DNA of 64,000 nucleotides from Octopus vulgaris (Eukaryota): assembly GCA_951406725.2 (NCBI GenBank), contig OX597817.1:26226001-26290000 (forward strand). Direction: 5' to 3'. Positions 52,118 through 64,000 of the stretch are shown here, piece by piece. Each line of letters opens with the position of its first letter. Within the stretch, counting starts at the first letter, position 1. The notes beneath the pieces were generated by a model. It ran no database searches. It was not told the origin of the DNA and saw nothing but the letters and a program-made list of their open reading frames with translations. The position numbers were made by a program, and so were the translations under genes.

Positions 52118-52367
52118 ATATGCTAAGGGCACAAGGCAGTGACCTGGCAGGATGTTATCACAAGTGAAAAATACGCTTAGGGTATACATGCAGACATGTG
52201 TATAAATGCAGACATGCAAATTTACATATGCAAATGCATATATATATATATATATATATATGGATTTGCATATGTCTGCATTTATGCACATGTCTGCATG
52301 TATACCCTTAGCGTATTTTTCACTGATAACGATTCTGCCAGGTCACTGCCTTGTGCCCTTAGCATAT
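52118..52367. repeat. Imperfect foldback (~100-bp arms) centred on (TA)n
   Basis: atatgctaagggcacaaggcagtgacctggcag...atacatgcagacatgtgtataaatgcagacat is mirrored as a reverse complement on the other side of the TA run. Confidence 0.85.
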
Positions 52368-52380
52368 ATATATATATATC

Positions 52381-52706
52381 ATCCATCCTGTGTTTCATAT
52401 ATATAATTCTACAATATTTTCTATTCTAACATGGTGTTCTTTTAGTCTTTTCATTTACTTTTTCTTTATAGGTACGTTTCATACTTATAAATAGAAGGTT
52501 AGATGATGGCCTTTGGAGAACTGCTAGGATTTTACATATTATAAGATAAATATATAAATATTAAATCTTCTACCTTTAACTACTATTAAATCCTTTATTT
52601 AGATTGTACTCCCTATTTAGAATATATATCTTGTTTAAATTGAACATCTGTGCATTTATAATGAAACAAAAATATGAAGCTGTTTTAATTCTATCCTTCC
52701 AATAAA
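52381..52706 (+). repeat. 326-bp direct repeat, copy 1 (copy 2 at 55343-55668)
   Basis: Colinear, scattered substitutions, non-SINE sequence. Confidence 0.9.
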
Positions 52707-52855
52707 TGGCAAAAATAAAGAAAATGTATATAAAATGCTATTGTAAATATAAAGACTAAATATATAACTACATGCACTTATAAAAAAATTACACACTTCA
52801 GCAAACACCAACGCAATTTACAGCTTTAGGCAAGAGGGCCATTTTTAAAATCATA

Positions 52856-53065
52856 TACTCTTTACTCTTTTTCTTGTTTCAGTCATTTGACTGCGGCCAT
52901 GCTGGAGCACCGCCTTTAGTCGAGCAAATTGACCCTGGGACTTATTCTTTGTAAGCCCAGTACTTATTCTATTGGTCTCTTTTGCCAAACCGCTAAGTGA
53001 CGGTGACATAAACACACCAGCATCGGTTGTCAAGCAATGCTAGGGGGACAAACACAGACACACCA

Positions 53066-53100
<35 letters not shown>

Positions 53101-53268
53101 CATATATACGATTCTTTCAGTTTCTATCTACCAAATCCACTTACAAGGCATTGGTAGGCCCAGGGCTATAGCAGAAGACACTTGCCCAAGATGCCACGCA
53201 GTGGGACTGAACCCGGAACCATGTGGTTGGTTAGCAAGCTACTTACCACACAGCCACTCCTGCGCCTA
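52856..53268 (-). mobile_element. SINE family B
   Basis: Full-length reverse-complement copy. Confidence 0.9.
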
Positions 53269-53485
53269 TATATATATATATATATATCATTTCAATAAGG
53301 AAAGGTTCAACAGTCAATCTGAAGTTTTGTATGAAATAAATTTGCCACTCTGACGTAACTGAATGGCAACTAAAAAGTCATTTTCACACTTGTCCTTGTA
53401 AAATTTAACTTATAAGCATTGAGTTTATCTTGACTAAATATTTGATAGTTTTATACATAACAATACACAAAAGCAAATATCGATA

Positions 53486-54370
53486 TACAGGATGAGTCAA
53501 AAATCTTTTTGCATTAATAGTTGAAACAAATTACAAAAAGCATTTATTCATCAAAGCATATCCCATTATATTCTATTGCTGGTTATCATCATTGTACCAG
53601 AAGTTCAATTCCATGCTTATACCACAAGACTGAGCTTATAGAGGTGACATCTGATGGTGATTGGTGAAGGACCAAGTTCTACTGACAATGTATAAGTGCT
53701 TGGTTATTACTCTTTTACTCTTTTACACTTCTACTTGTTTCAGTCATTTGACTGCAGCCATGCTGGAGCACTGCCTTTAGTTGAGCAAATCGACCCCAGG
53801 GCTTATTCTTTGCCTATTACTTATGCTATTGGTCACTTTTACTGAACCACTAAATTACTAGGACGTAAACACACCAGCATCGGATGTCAAGCGATGTTAG
53901 GGGGACAAACACAGACACACTAACATATACACACACATACATATATATATGCATACATATATACGACGGGATTCTTTCAGTTTCCTTCTACCAAATCCAA
54001 TCACAAGGCTTTCGTCAGACCGAGGCTATAGCAGAAGACAGTTGCCGAAGGTGCCATGCAGTGGGACTGAACCCGGAACCATGTGGTTCATAAGCAAGCT
54101 ACTTACCACACAGCCACTCTTGCGCCTGTTGGTCAAACATTTCGAGCAAGGCCTCCTCTTCCAGAACAGATCTTCCTGACTTTGGCTTGTCACTCTCCTT
54201 GTGCTACACATTCATTGACAGTTCCTGGGCATTCCACATCATTAGTTTCTTTTGCCATTGCTCTTGCAGTCAGTCAGTTTTTTTTCCACAGGTAGTGTAA
54301 AATGGAGCTAATTACAATTTTCACTACCTATTACCAAAGCTAAAAAATAAAGAAATAGTTAACGTTTATA
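53486..54370 (-). mobile_element. Degenerate mariner relic interrupted by a SINE
   Basis: TIR-like tacaggatgagtcaaaa at about 53486; - strand pieces YKHGIELLVQ..AIEYNG (C-terminus) and KETNDVECPGTVNECVAQ (HTH region). Confidence 0.55.
53708..54127 (-). mobile_element. SINE family B
   Basis: Reverse-complement copy. Confidence 0.88.
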
Positions 54371-54584
54371 TGTTATATATAAGAATAATAAATATAAAAA
54401 TTCAGCAACAGTTGTATCAAATTAATGATATAACAGGAAAATGTAAGTCGCTAAAAATCATCAGTGAAAATCTGAAAAAAAATTTAACTCAACCTGGTAT
54501 ACATACAATTACACAAATGTATATACATACACTTGCACACACACACATATATATATATACACAAATATGTAATGTGCATGTGTA

Positions 54585-54629
<45 letters not shown>

Positions 54630-55342
54630 AGTCTTCCTTTTCATATTCACTGTGTTTTTCAGTCCAATCAATACAAGTGATAAATGTACATATATTGATT
54701 TAGTCCCTACAAACTAAATTATAGTTTTACCCAAATTTAAATGATTATCAATTTTTCCAAGGTACCAAATTCCTAATCGATTATAAATTGACCTGCTTGT
54801 AAATTCCTCAAGAAATATTCTTTTTATTCTTCTTCACATATTTTACATAATATATCATGAAGTAATTCCTTAATAGCATATTTAAGTTCAATATTTTTAC
54901 TACTAATCACTATGAATTAGCCCTGCTGTGTATACGTGTGTGTTTGTGTGTGCGTGTGTGTGTGTATCTATATATTTATGCATATAGTATATAAACCTAC
55001 ACACTATATGCATAAATATATAGATACACACACACACAGACACAGGCACACATGCATACACATACACATATATAAATACACACACATATATGAATACACA
55101 TAGATATATATGTACATACATACATACATATATGCATACACTACATGCACATGCATGCTGTGGTATGTACATAAGTGTGTGCTATTGATACTTTGGAGAT
55201 ATTAACACATTTCATTTTGAATTTGCAGCTGACCATTCCATGATGTTCAACTGAAATAGCTAATTTAAGTAATCTTCTTATCATACATTCAATCAGCTAT
55301 TTTCTATAAAAATATTTTTGTGAAGATTTAAACTTAAACTTT

Positions 55343-55668
55343 ATCCATCCTGTGTTTCATATATATAATTCTACAATATTTTCTATTCTAACATAGCGTT
55401 CTTTTAGTCTTTTTATTTACTTTTTCTTTATAGGTATATTTCACACTTCTAAATAGAAGGTTAGATCATGGCCTTTGGAGAACTGTTAGGCTTTTACATA
55501 TTATAAGATAAATATATAAATATTAAATCTTCTACCTTTAACTACTATTAAGTCCTTTATTTAGATTGTGCTCCCTATTTAGAATATATATCTTATTTAA
55601 ATTGAACATCTGTGCATTTATAAAGAAACAATAATACGAAGCTGCTTTAATTCTATCCTTCCAATAAA
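55343..55668 (+). repeat. 326-bp direct repeat, copy 2
   Basis: See 52381-52706. Confidence 0.9.
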
Positions 55669-56045
55669 GGCCACTTTAAAATATTTTGTACATCATTGTC
55701 CTTTTAGGAACGTATATTTGAAATATTTTATCCTAAATACTGACAATATTTTGAGAAAAATAATAAAATGATATGCATTTTTGTGTGTAATGCAAAAAGA
55801 AAATCTCAAAACTAGATTCAAATATGAATTTTTAATCTCGCAAAATCCACAAATGGCAATTTCTTTTCTGTTTTCAAAAGATATACATATTAAAATGGTT
55901 AAGTCTAAAGAAGTGGCCTATTAATTCATACGTGAGTTGAAATTCAGATACTCAAAAAGATATGTGCTGCTCTCCAATAAAACAAGAAGTTACATTAAGT
56001 AGAAACACATTGTACCTTCGATTAGTTTCATCTCTGTCACAAACT

Positions 56046-56670
56046 ATCTATCCACTCAGTCGAAGTCGACTCTCAGTTACTTGATGGATCAGTGTCCTCC
56101 AGCCAGTTCTATCCTGGGATACTTCTTTCAGATTGTCTATGTCCATTCCTGTGTCACTCTTCATGGTGTCATGCCAGTGGGTTCTTGGTCGGCCTCTTCC
56201 TCTCTTGCCACTGACCATTCCGAGCTTGATGTCCTTCTCCAGGGATTTTCTCCGCATAATATGACTGAAATATGCCAATCTATGCTTGGTGATCTTAGCT
56301 TCTAGCGACTGTTTCGGCTTGATCTGGTTAAGAACTTCTCCATTGGTGAACCTCGCTGTCCATGGAATCCGTAAAAGTCTTCTACAACACCAAAGCTCGA
56401 ATGCATTAATTCTCTTCTGGTCAGCTTTCTTTAGTGTCCAGGTCTTGCATCCATATGTTGCTATTGGGAAGACAGTTGCATTTATCAATCTGCATTTGGT
56501 AGCGAGTCTAATGTCTCTACTCTTCCACACCTTGCTCATGCTGACCATTACCTCTCTGCCTAGTATTATCCGCCACCTTATTTCTGGAGTGCAGTTATCA
56601 TCTCGATTTATTTTGGAGCCAAGGAAGATGAAATCATCAACCATTTCGATCTCTTCATTATCGATCTTGA
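56046..56670 (-). mobile_element. 5'-truncated RTE/BovB-like LINE (ORF2 C-terminus)
   Basis: 198-aa open ORF: VDDFIFLGSKI...EIRWRIILGR...TKCRLINATVFPIATYGCKTWT...AFELWCCRRLLRIPWTAR..N.EVL...LAYFSHIMRR.SLEK.IKLG.VSGKRGRGRPR, characteristic of RTE-clade RT C-termini. Confidence 0.9.
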
Positions 56671-56864
56671 TTTACAAACACCTATTGGAAATCTGATTGA
56701 AACACAGTGAGCAAGGTTAATTTATAAAATCAATAGATTAATTCCAAGCTCAATATTCAGAATATGACTGAGCCTCTTTACACCTGAACAACCATATTTC
56801 ATATTTCAGGATCCTATGTAAAGATTTACTAACTCTGTATTAGCCCCACAAAAGTTGACTCAAG

Positions 56865-56865
<1 letters not shown>

Positions 56866-56906
<41 letters not shown>

Positions 56907-57500
56907 GTTTTCCATGCTAGCATGTGTTGGACGGTTCAACCGGGGTCTGGGATGCCAGGCAGCTGCACCAGGCTCCAGTCTGATCTGGCAGTGTTTCTAC
57001 AGCTGAATGCCCTTCCTAACGCCAACCACTCTGTGAGTGTAGTGGATGCTTTTCACATGCCACCAGCACAGGGCCAGAGGAGGCTGACAAACGGCCACGA
57101 TTGGTTGGTGCATTTTACGTGTCACCGACACGGATGCCAGTCAGGCAGCGCTGGCATTGGCCACGTTCGGATGATGCTTTTTACGTGCCACTGGCAAGGG
57201 TATCACAACTACAATTTCCATGTGTTATTTATTTTGATATTGATGTACTTGACTCAATAGGTCTCCTCAAGCACTGCAGGTCATGTGCCACTGGCACAGA
57301 AGCCAGTCAAGGTGGCACTGGCATCGGCCACGTTCGGATGGTGCTTTTTACATGCCACCGGCACAGGAATAACAACTACAATTTCTGTTTGATTTTTATT
57401 TTTTGATGTTGATGTAGTTGACTCAGTAGGTCTCCCCAAGCACAGCAGGTCATCCTACGATCCAAGGTTAGCACAACAGGCTGTCCTGCAAGCCATTAAC
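56866..57500 (-). mobile_element. Family D LINE 3' UTR remnant with (ATG)n tail and internal tandem repeats
   Basis: Long (CAT)n, conserved terminus, repeated gtgccac..gcac..gccagtca..ggcac..ggcca..ttcggatg units. Confidence 0.85.
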
Positions 57501-57724
57501 TCACTTTATTTGTTCAAAATTATCCATAAAATTCAGAATATATCACACTCATCTCAAAATAAACTTGGACTGTATTTAACTGCTTCATGTTTAATCTTTA
57601 TATATAAGTATAATTCTAAATTTGTATAGATCTCATGACATAGCATCCTAGGCAAGCGATTTAATTATAGCATTGATAGATCCAAGCCTTGTGATTGAAT
57701 TTGGAGACTGTGTAGATGCCCATT

Positions 57725-58021
57725 GTGGAGGTGCAATGACCCGGTGGTTAGGGCAGCGGACTCACAGTCGGAGGATCGCAGTTTCAATTCCCAGACCAGG
57801 CATTGTGAGTTTATTGAGCAAAAACACCTAATGCACCACGAGGCTCCGGCGGGGGGTGGTGGCGACCCCCGTTGTACTCTTTCACCACAACTTTCTCTCA
57901 TTCTCTCTTCCGGTTTCTTGAGTAATGCTGCGATGGACTGGCATCCCATCCAGCTGGGAGAACACATATACCACAGAAACCAGGAAACCAGGCCCATGAA
58001 CCTGTCTAGGCTTGAAAAGGG
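57725..58021 (+). mobile_element. SINE family C head with tail type 2 (V-domain-like)
   Basis: Head gtggaggtgcaatgacccggtggttagggcagcggac; gcgatggactggcatcccatccagctggg...ctaggcttgaaaaggg. Confidence 0.85.
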
Positions 58022-58586
58022 AGACGTTTATCATTATCGTAGATGCCCATTTGGTAGTTTGAAATCCATGGTCCAATAATTTATGATCCACCTATGTCAT
58101 ACTGTGTTATGATGTTTTTACAGATATATCATGGGTACATATGTCATGACTGTAGAACACACTCAAACACTTTAAAATTTTAATTCAATGATTGGATTAT
58201 TTACTTGATTTAATGTCTGGATGTGCTTATAACAAAATTGACAAGAGAGACCATCATATATATGTATCCACCTACATTTGTGATTAGAAACAAAAGAACT
58301 TCTATATTAATATTAAAGTGTGTGTATAATTTATTCCAACCTGAGGCTTATTGTACTACAAATATCAGATTTATGTTGCCAATTATTCAAATATGACAAT
58401 ACATAGCAAACATATTCATAAACAGATCACAATATTTTATTGGTTGCTGGAAAAACCATCAGAAAGTGCTTTGCATATTCATCTGTTCAGTTGTTAAATT
58501 TAGAATACATAATTTACTTATCTATAAACATGAAAAATGTCAAAAGTAGGTTTGAAAAAGAAAATAGAAGCAGAGTAGAGCTGCAG

Positions 58587-59051
58587 ACATGCATAAGATC
58601 TGGTCATCAAATCTAAGTAGAGACTTCAAACTTGAAATCTTCAAAGCCAGAGTCGAACCAATTCTACTATATGGCTCAGAAACCTGGACGTTATCAAAGA
58701 AGCTTGAGAGGAGGTTGGATGGAACCTACACTTGCCTCCTTATGAGAGCTCAAAATCTCTTGTGGAAGCGCCATCCAACCAAAATGCACCACCTGTGTCA
58801 TCTCTTGTGAAAGGTAGGAGAGTCCAGTTTGCTCGACATTGTTGTAGAGCTGAAAAAGAAGTAATTTCTACTCTTCTCCTCTGGAAGCCATCTACTCGCA
58901 ATACCAGAGGGCGCACACTCTCCTACCCTGATGTAATCTCCAGGGATACAGGCATCCAGCAACAGGACCTCCCTAATGCCATGATGGACCGTGAAGTCTG
59001 GCGTAGTTTGGTAAATTCCATTGTCTCGACCACGGTCGAACAATGATGATG
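58587..59051 (+). mobile_element. 5'-truncated RTE-like LINE with (ATG)n tail
   Basis: KIWSSNLSRDFKLEIFKARVEPILLYGSETWTL...RLDGTYT.LLMRAQN, then (frameshift) RRVQFARHCCRA...MMDREVWR; TSD agagctgcag. Confidence 0.9.
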
Positions 59052-59374
59052 AGAGCTGCAGGGAGAACAGAGCATTGGGAAAGTGGAACTGTTTAGGAGG
59101 AGGCTACATAGGATACAGGCATGCTTATAGGAGGGAATTAGTTAGAAAGAGAAGAAACAAAGGATAGTATCAGATTGTAGGCAGCAGAAAGGGTGAAGAA
59201 GAGTATGGCGGAGGAACAGAGTTGTGGGATTAGTAGGTGAGAGGACAGGTAACTCAATATGTTAGGTTTTGGATGAGGGATGTTAGAGCTGAGTTGCTGT
59301 CATTGACCTGGGTGTGTGAAAGAGCAGCCTGAAGAAGGTAGATGGGTAACCCCATAGAATATATAGACTAGTTA

Positions 59375-59800
59375 CGTATTGATGTGGTGTGCAAGAGAAA
59401 CGACTCTACTGGTATGGTCATGTGCTGCATATGGATGAGGAGAGCTGTGTGAAGAAGTGTCACTCCCTAATAGTGGAAGGAACCTATGGAAGAAGTAAAT
59501 CCAGGGAGACATGGGATGAGGTGGTGAAGCATGACCATCGAATGTTGGGGCCTCATAGAGGCAATGACAAAAGACCAAGACCTCTGGAGATATGCTGTAA
59601 AGTGAGATCACAGCCATAGCCTATACCAGTGTCACATAACCAGCCCATTTAAAAAGTACCTTTGAATCATTGGGTGAACTGCCATGCTTGAGGGGACCTA
59701 TTGAGTCAAGTAAAATCAAAATCAAAATCAGAATCAGAATCTCAATGAAATCAAAATGGAAATTGTAGTTGTGGCCGACGCCAGTGCCACCTTGCCACAT
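59375..59800 (+). mobile_element. RTE-like LINE ORF2 end plus the start of the family D 3' UTR
   Basis: QEKRLYWYGHVLHMDEESCVKKCHSLIVEG..GRSKSRETWDEVVKHD, followed by sequence complementary to the internal repeats of 56866-57500. Confidence 0.8.
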
Positions 59801-59829
59801 GCTGACAATGATAATATTCATATATAAAT

Positions 59830-60045
59830 GAAGGCGGCTAGCTGGCAGAAACGTTAGCATGCCAGGCAAAATACTGAGTGGTAATATGTCTGTCTTCTTG
59901 TTCTGAGTTCAAATTCAGCCGAGGTCAACTTTGCCTTTCATCCTTTTCGAATCAATAAATTAAGTACCAGTTGTGTACTGGGGTCGATCTAACCAACTGG
60001 TCCCCTCCCCCAAAATTTCAGGCCTTATGCCTAGAGTAGAAAAAA
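59830..60045 (+). mobile_element. SINE family A head and core with an alternative tail
   Basis: Family A head and core, but the tail is cccctcccccaaaatttcaggccttatgcctagagtagaaa. Confidence 0.8.
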
Positions 60046-60065
60046 ATATTCATATATTCATACAT

Positions 60066-60260
60066 GCGGGTGGCACGTAAAAAGCACCCACTACACTCAC
60101 AGAGTGGTTGGCGTCAGGAAGGGCATCCAGCCGTAGAAACACTGCCAGATCAGACTGGGCCTGCTGCAGCCTTCTGGCTTCACAGACCCCAGTTGAACCG
60201 TCCAACCCATGCTAGCATAGAAAGCGGACGCTAAATGATGATGATGATGATGATGATGAT
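60066..60260 (+). mobile_element. Family D LINE 3' terminus with (ATG)n tail
   Basis: Near-identical to 36522-36706. Confidence 0.85.
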
Positions 60261-60644
60261 GAACTGTATAGGAATGTCTGCTTTAATGGAAAGGAATTAT
60301 TGTAATTCTGAATTTCCTTATCAAAATGTGCAAGAAGGCAGTGCATGAAGACAAAATAATTTTCATAAATTCTTGCCTAATGCTATATCCAGGAAAGAAT
60401 AAATATGTGTGTATATGTATAGAATAATTGTAATTTCAGCATAGAATCCTTACAGGATCTCTTTTATCTGATAATTAGTCTAAGAGACAAAACATGTTTT
60501 TATATAATTATTTTGTGAGCTCATGACCGCAGGACTTATTTACTTTTGAATCATACTATGAAAGATGATATATAGACAGCATTGTTAGTTGCAGCTGGAT
60601 GTGTATGGATATTTGTATATTTTTTGGTTTATCTATTTAAGTAT

Positions 60645-60648
60645 CATT

Positions 60649-60679
<31 letters not shown>

Positions 60680-60865
60680 CCATCATCACCACCACCACCA
60701 TCATCATCATCGTTTAACGTCCACTTTCCATGTTGGCATGGGTTGGACGGTTTGACTGGGGTCCAGGAAGCCAAGAGGCTGCACCAGGCTCCAATCTGAT
60801 CTGGCAGTGTTTTTACAGCTGGATGCCCTTCCTAATGCCAACCACTCTGAGAGTGTAGTGGGTAA
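60645..60865 (-). mobile_element. Family D LINE 3' terminus
   Basis: (CAT/CAC)n plus conserved terminus; inverted relative to 60066-60260. Confidence 0.85.
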
Positions 60866-61146
60866 CCTTAGATGATTATTTCATGTTCCACTCTCGCTGT
60901 TTTTCTTCAGAGAGACTTCAGAGATCTATACTAAAAGTGAAAGGTTCCATGAGATAACATGTCTTTTAATAATGATTAATAAGAATATTTAATCTTAAAA
61001 AAAAATTCTATTAACCTTTACAAGATAATAAATTAGATATTTCTTTTGTATAAATAAATTCTTTCTGAGAAACAATATTTGTCTCTGCACGATTATCTCC
61101 CCTTTTCTTTGAAAGCAACCAACAATTATCACTAGTTTATTTTATA

Positions 61147-61540
61147 CTAGCAGTATCGCCCGGCGTTGCTCGGTTTTGTAAGGGAAATAACTATATAAAC
61201 ATTTTAGGGAGTTACTTCCCTTATATAATAGCAAAAAAATGCATTAGAAATGGAAAAAAAATTATGCTAAATTTTTTTTTAAATCGTAGACATTTTTAGA
61301 GAGTTACTTCCCTTATATAATAGCAAAAAAAAATGCATTAAAAATGGAAAAAAATGATGGTAAAATTTTTGAAAATCATAGACTCATCGTAGACGCGCGC
61401 TAATACCCAGAAGGGCTCGATATGAATCACGACCATAAGATACCCGCTTTTGGTTAAACTGCACCACAAAATGTGGGAGTAGTTAGGAATCTAAATCGTA
61501 GGAGACAGACACCACGCAACTTCAGTTTTATATATATAGA
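61147..61540 (-). mobile_element. Non-autonomous Helitron
   Basis: A|TC...hairpin...CTAG|T on the - strand; same family as 25335-25722. Confidence 0.82.
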
Positions 61541-61724
61541 TTACAAGCTAATAAATACATTTCATTTAATTCAGAATTTGAGTACATCATTCAGTATATC
61601 GCCCTTAAATGATTTATCTAAATCCATGCCATCTGTCCACTTCAATTACTTCCCTTAGCTGATTATATTTTCTAAGCTGAACATCAAGTATACTTGCTGG
61701 CTTTTGATACTAGCTGTACATATC

Positions 61725-61867
61725 TTATTTCTTTATTGCCCACAAGGGGCTAAACACAGAGAGGACAAACAAGGACAGACAAAGGGATTAAGTCGATTAC
61801 ATCGACCCCAGTGCGTAACTGGTACTTAATTTATTGATCCCAAAAGGCTGAAAGGCAAAGTTGACCT
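61725..61867 (-). mobile_element. SINE family A 3' half
   Basis: Tail and core only. Confidence 0.8.
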
Positions 61868-63229
61868 ATCTACAATTGATGAATGCAGTTCACCTCACAG
61901 AATAAATACATATATAAAGAACAGTAAAATGACAAACAACATTTAGCTGGCATCAGTAGTTTCATTTAATGGCTTTATGATTTCTAGCCTCCAACCAAGG
62001 CTAGAGATCATAAATGGGTTTAACCATTTTGATAACAATTTGTCTCTGATCACTTTCTGTTCCATGATACAAAACTACTAATCTTATAATGTTCATTTTC
62101 AAGTTAAGACTTTCAGTTTTAATTTCATATTAGAATGTTTTGTTAAGTTATATTCTAATTATTTGATGATGACGAAATTGATTATTTTTCTGAATCCTTC
62201 TAAATTCTTGAATTTTCAATACTGAAATGCGTAGGCAGTTTATTTCATAAGATTTATTGTTACAAAAGCATTAAAAGTGTGTTAAATTGAACAATACATC
62301 ATGGCCTTAGATTTCTTTAAAACTCTAAACTAATTTGTAACATTCAATTAAGATGACACTGTCTCAGCTTCTAGCCAATCAGATTGTAGCAAAAGCTAAA
62401 AGATTGTCCTTTTTTTCTCTATTTCACACTTCCTTTCACTCTTTATGGCATCATACAAAGATTTACAGCTTTTTAAATCATTCACATATTTTACTACTTT
62501 TGCTTCACGATGTATATTGTTTAACTTTACAGATATTCTAATGAAGAATTCCTGATTCTGCAAGGTAGCATTCAGTGCAAAGGTAACTATAAGGAGTAAG
62601 AGCTCTCACTGATCGACTATGCCTTTTATTAAATGCCTTTCATTATTTTGATGGGAAATATAACATACGTGGCTGCTTTTTCCATAAGGTAAGAGGTGAC
62701 GATGGTGGTCTAATCATGATGGCAATAATAGGGAGGTGTTATTCTATTCACAGATATGAGAAATAACAGCATTAGATGATTACAGGTTTGAAATCATTAT
62801 CACCACCAACATCTCTCTTCATCATTTTATTATCATCAACTCAATCACATTATCATTACTATAATTATCTCCATCATCATCATTATTACCATCAATATCA
62901 GCATCATCATTTCCATTAAAACTACCTCCAGTACCACAATTACCATAACTGTCAATATTGTCTTTGCTCTTATTTGCATCACTTCCACCCCTGCTACCAT
63001 CATTGTCAATTTCTTCTGTTGCTATCTTTATTATATCATCATCTAAATGTTCATCTTTTCCCTAATGTCAACTCACTTGCAAATTCCAGTTTTACTACTA
63101 AGTCCATTGTTATGATTATTCCCATCGCATTGATTATACCCGTCACCAAATCTGACACTATTTCTACCTTGGCATCATATTTATTGGAAGTGGGTGCATG
63201 ACTCTGAAAAGTAAAAATCAGTTGTTTAA

Positions 63230-63674
63230 CCCTTTTGTTACCAACTCGACTGAAGCCAGCTCTGACTCTGTAGTACAAATGCCTTGTTTCCATAAGGTTT
63301 GAATTAAAATCTTCCACCAAACCTTAGTCACAATTTATGTTCCTAACACTAGCTGAATGATAACTAAGTTATTTTACGAAATTCTTTGTTATATTTAACC
63401 CTTTAGTGTTTAAACCGGCCATATCTGGCCAGAATATTGTCCTTGTTTTATGTTCGAACTTATGAGATTCAGCCTCTCACACTTATCCTACAATGTCATT
63501 GTAAAGATAAATAATCACATCATCAAAATTTTGAAGTTATGAGACACGGCACAATTAATACAAAACAATGTGAATAAATAAGTATTACATTTGACAAAGT
63601 AATCTAAACACTAAAGGGTTAAAGTAATTGAAAGCAACACAGAGCATCTCAAAATAAATACAGTAACGGAAGGG
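63230..63674. mobile_element. piggyBac-like MITE (outer) containing a nested MITE
   Basis: TTAA on both sides; TIR cccttttgttac / gtaacggaaggg. Confidence 0.8.
63399..63618. mobile_element. piggyBac-like MITE (inner), same family as 43192-43411
   Basis: TTAA TSD; TIR ccctttagtgttta / taaacactaaaggg; colinear with the 43192 copy. Confidence 0.88.
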
Positions 63675-64000
63675 TTAACAGGAAAATATTAGCAAAAAGA
63701 AAGAGATTGCAGGCTTGAAGCAAAACACAAATTTCTTGCAATATGAATATACTGGAATCACTCTTATTTCAACCTATACAAAACTCATCAGTGTTTCATA
63801 TTTCTTTATAGCATGTTTTTCCACTTAATCTTGTCTCATTCCATTTGTGAAGTCCCCTATCCTGTGACTAACCCTCAGCACTGCTCATTTTGTATGGACT
63901 CTTCCTCAGCAATATATACCCTTCCACAATCAAGATATTAAACATCATTTTATTCCAGCTACTGCTATTTAAATTCACATGCTCATATCAGTAACTCTGC

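Overview
AT-rich, repeat-saturated eukaryotic DNA, most likely an octopus (coleoid cephalopod) intronic or intergenic region. This is inferred from the tRNA-derived SINE families and the very dense (TA)n/(CA)n/(CAT)n microsatellites. I find no intact host protein-coding gene. Almost every ORF in the track is a microsatellite read-through, a SINE, or a decayed transposon fragment. Content: more than 25 tRNA-headed SINE copies in three main families (labelled A, B and C here); many 3'-UTR remnants and RT fragments of RTE-type LINEs; an R4/Dong-like RT relic; two Penelope-like (GIY-YIG) relics; mariner/Tc1 relics, including two copies of an internally deleted mariner; three non-autonomous Helitrons; TTAA-specific piggyBac-like MITEs, one nested in another; and a probable solo LTR. 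The most notable observations are: (1) two Penelope-type minimal hammerhead-ribozyme-like motifs (12594-12636 on +, with a U3-A8 compensatory core; 29572-29644 on -, just downstream of a Penelope ORF); (2) a perfect 114-bp inverted duplication between two inverted SINEs; (3) a SINE flanked by a ~80-bp direct repeat; (4) one SINE head carrying three alternative tails; (5) a 326-bp unique duplication that looks like a terminal exon. Repeat boundaries are approximate unless TIRs or TSDs are cited.
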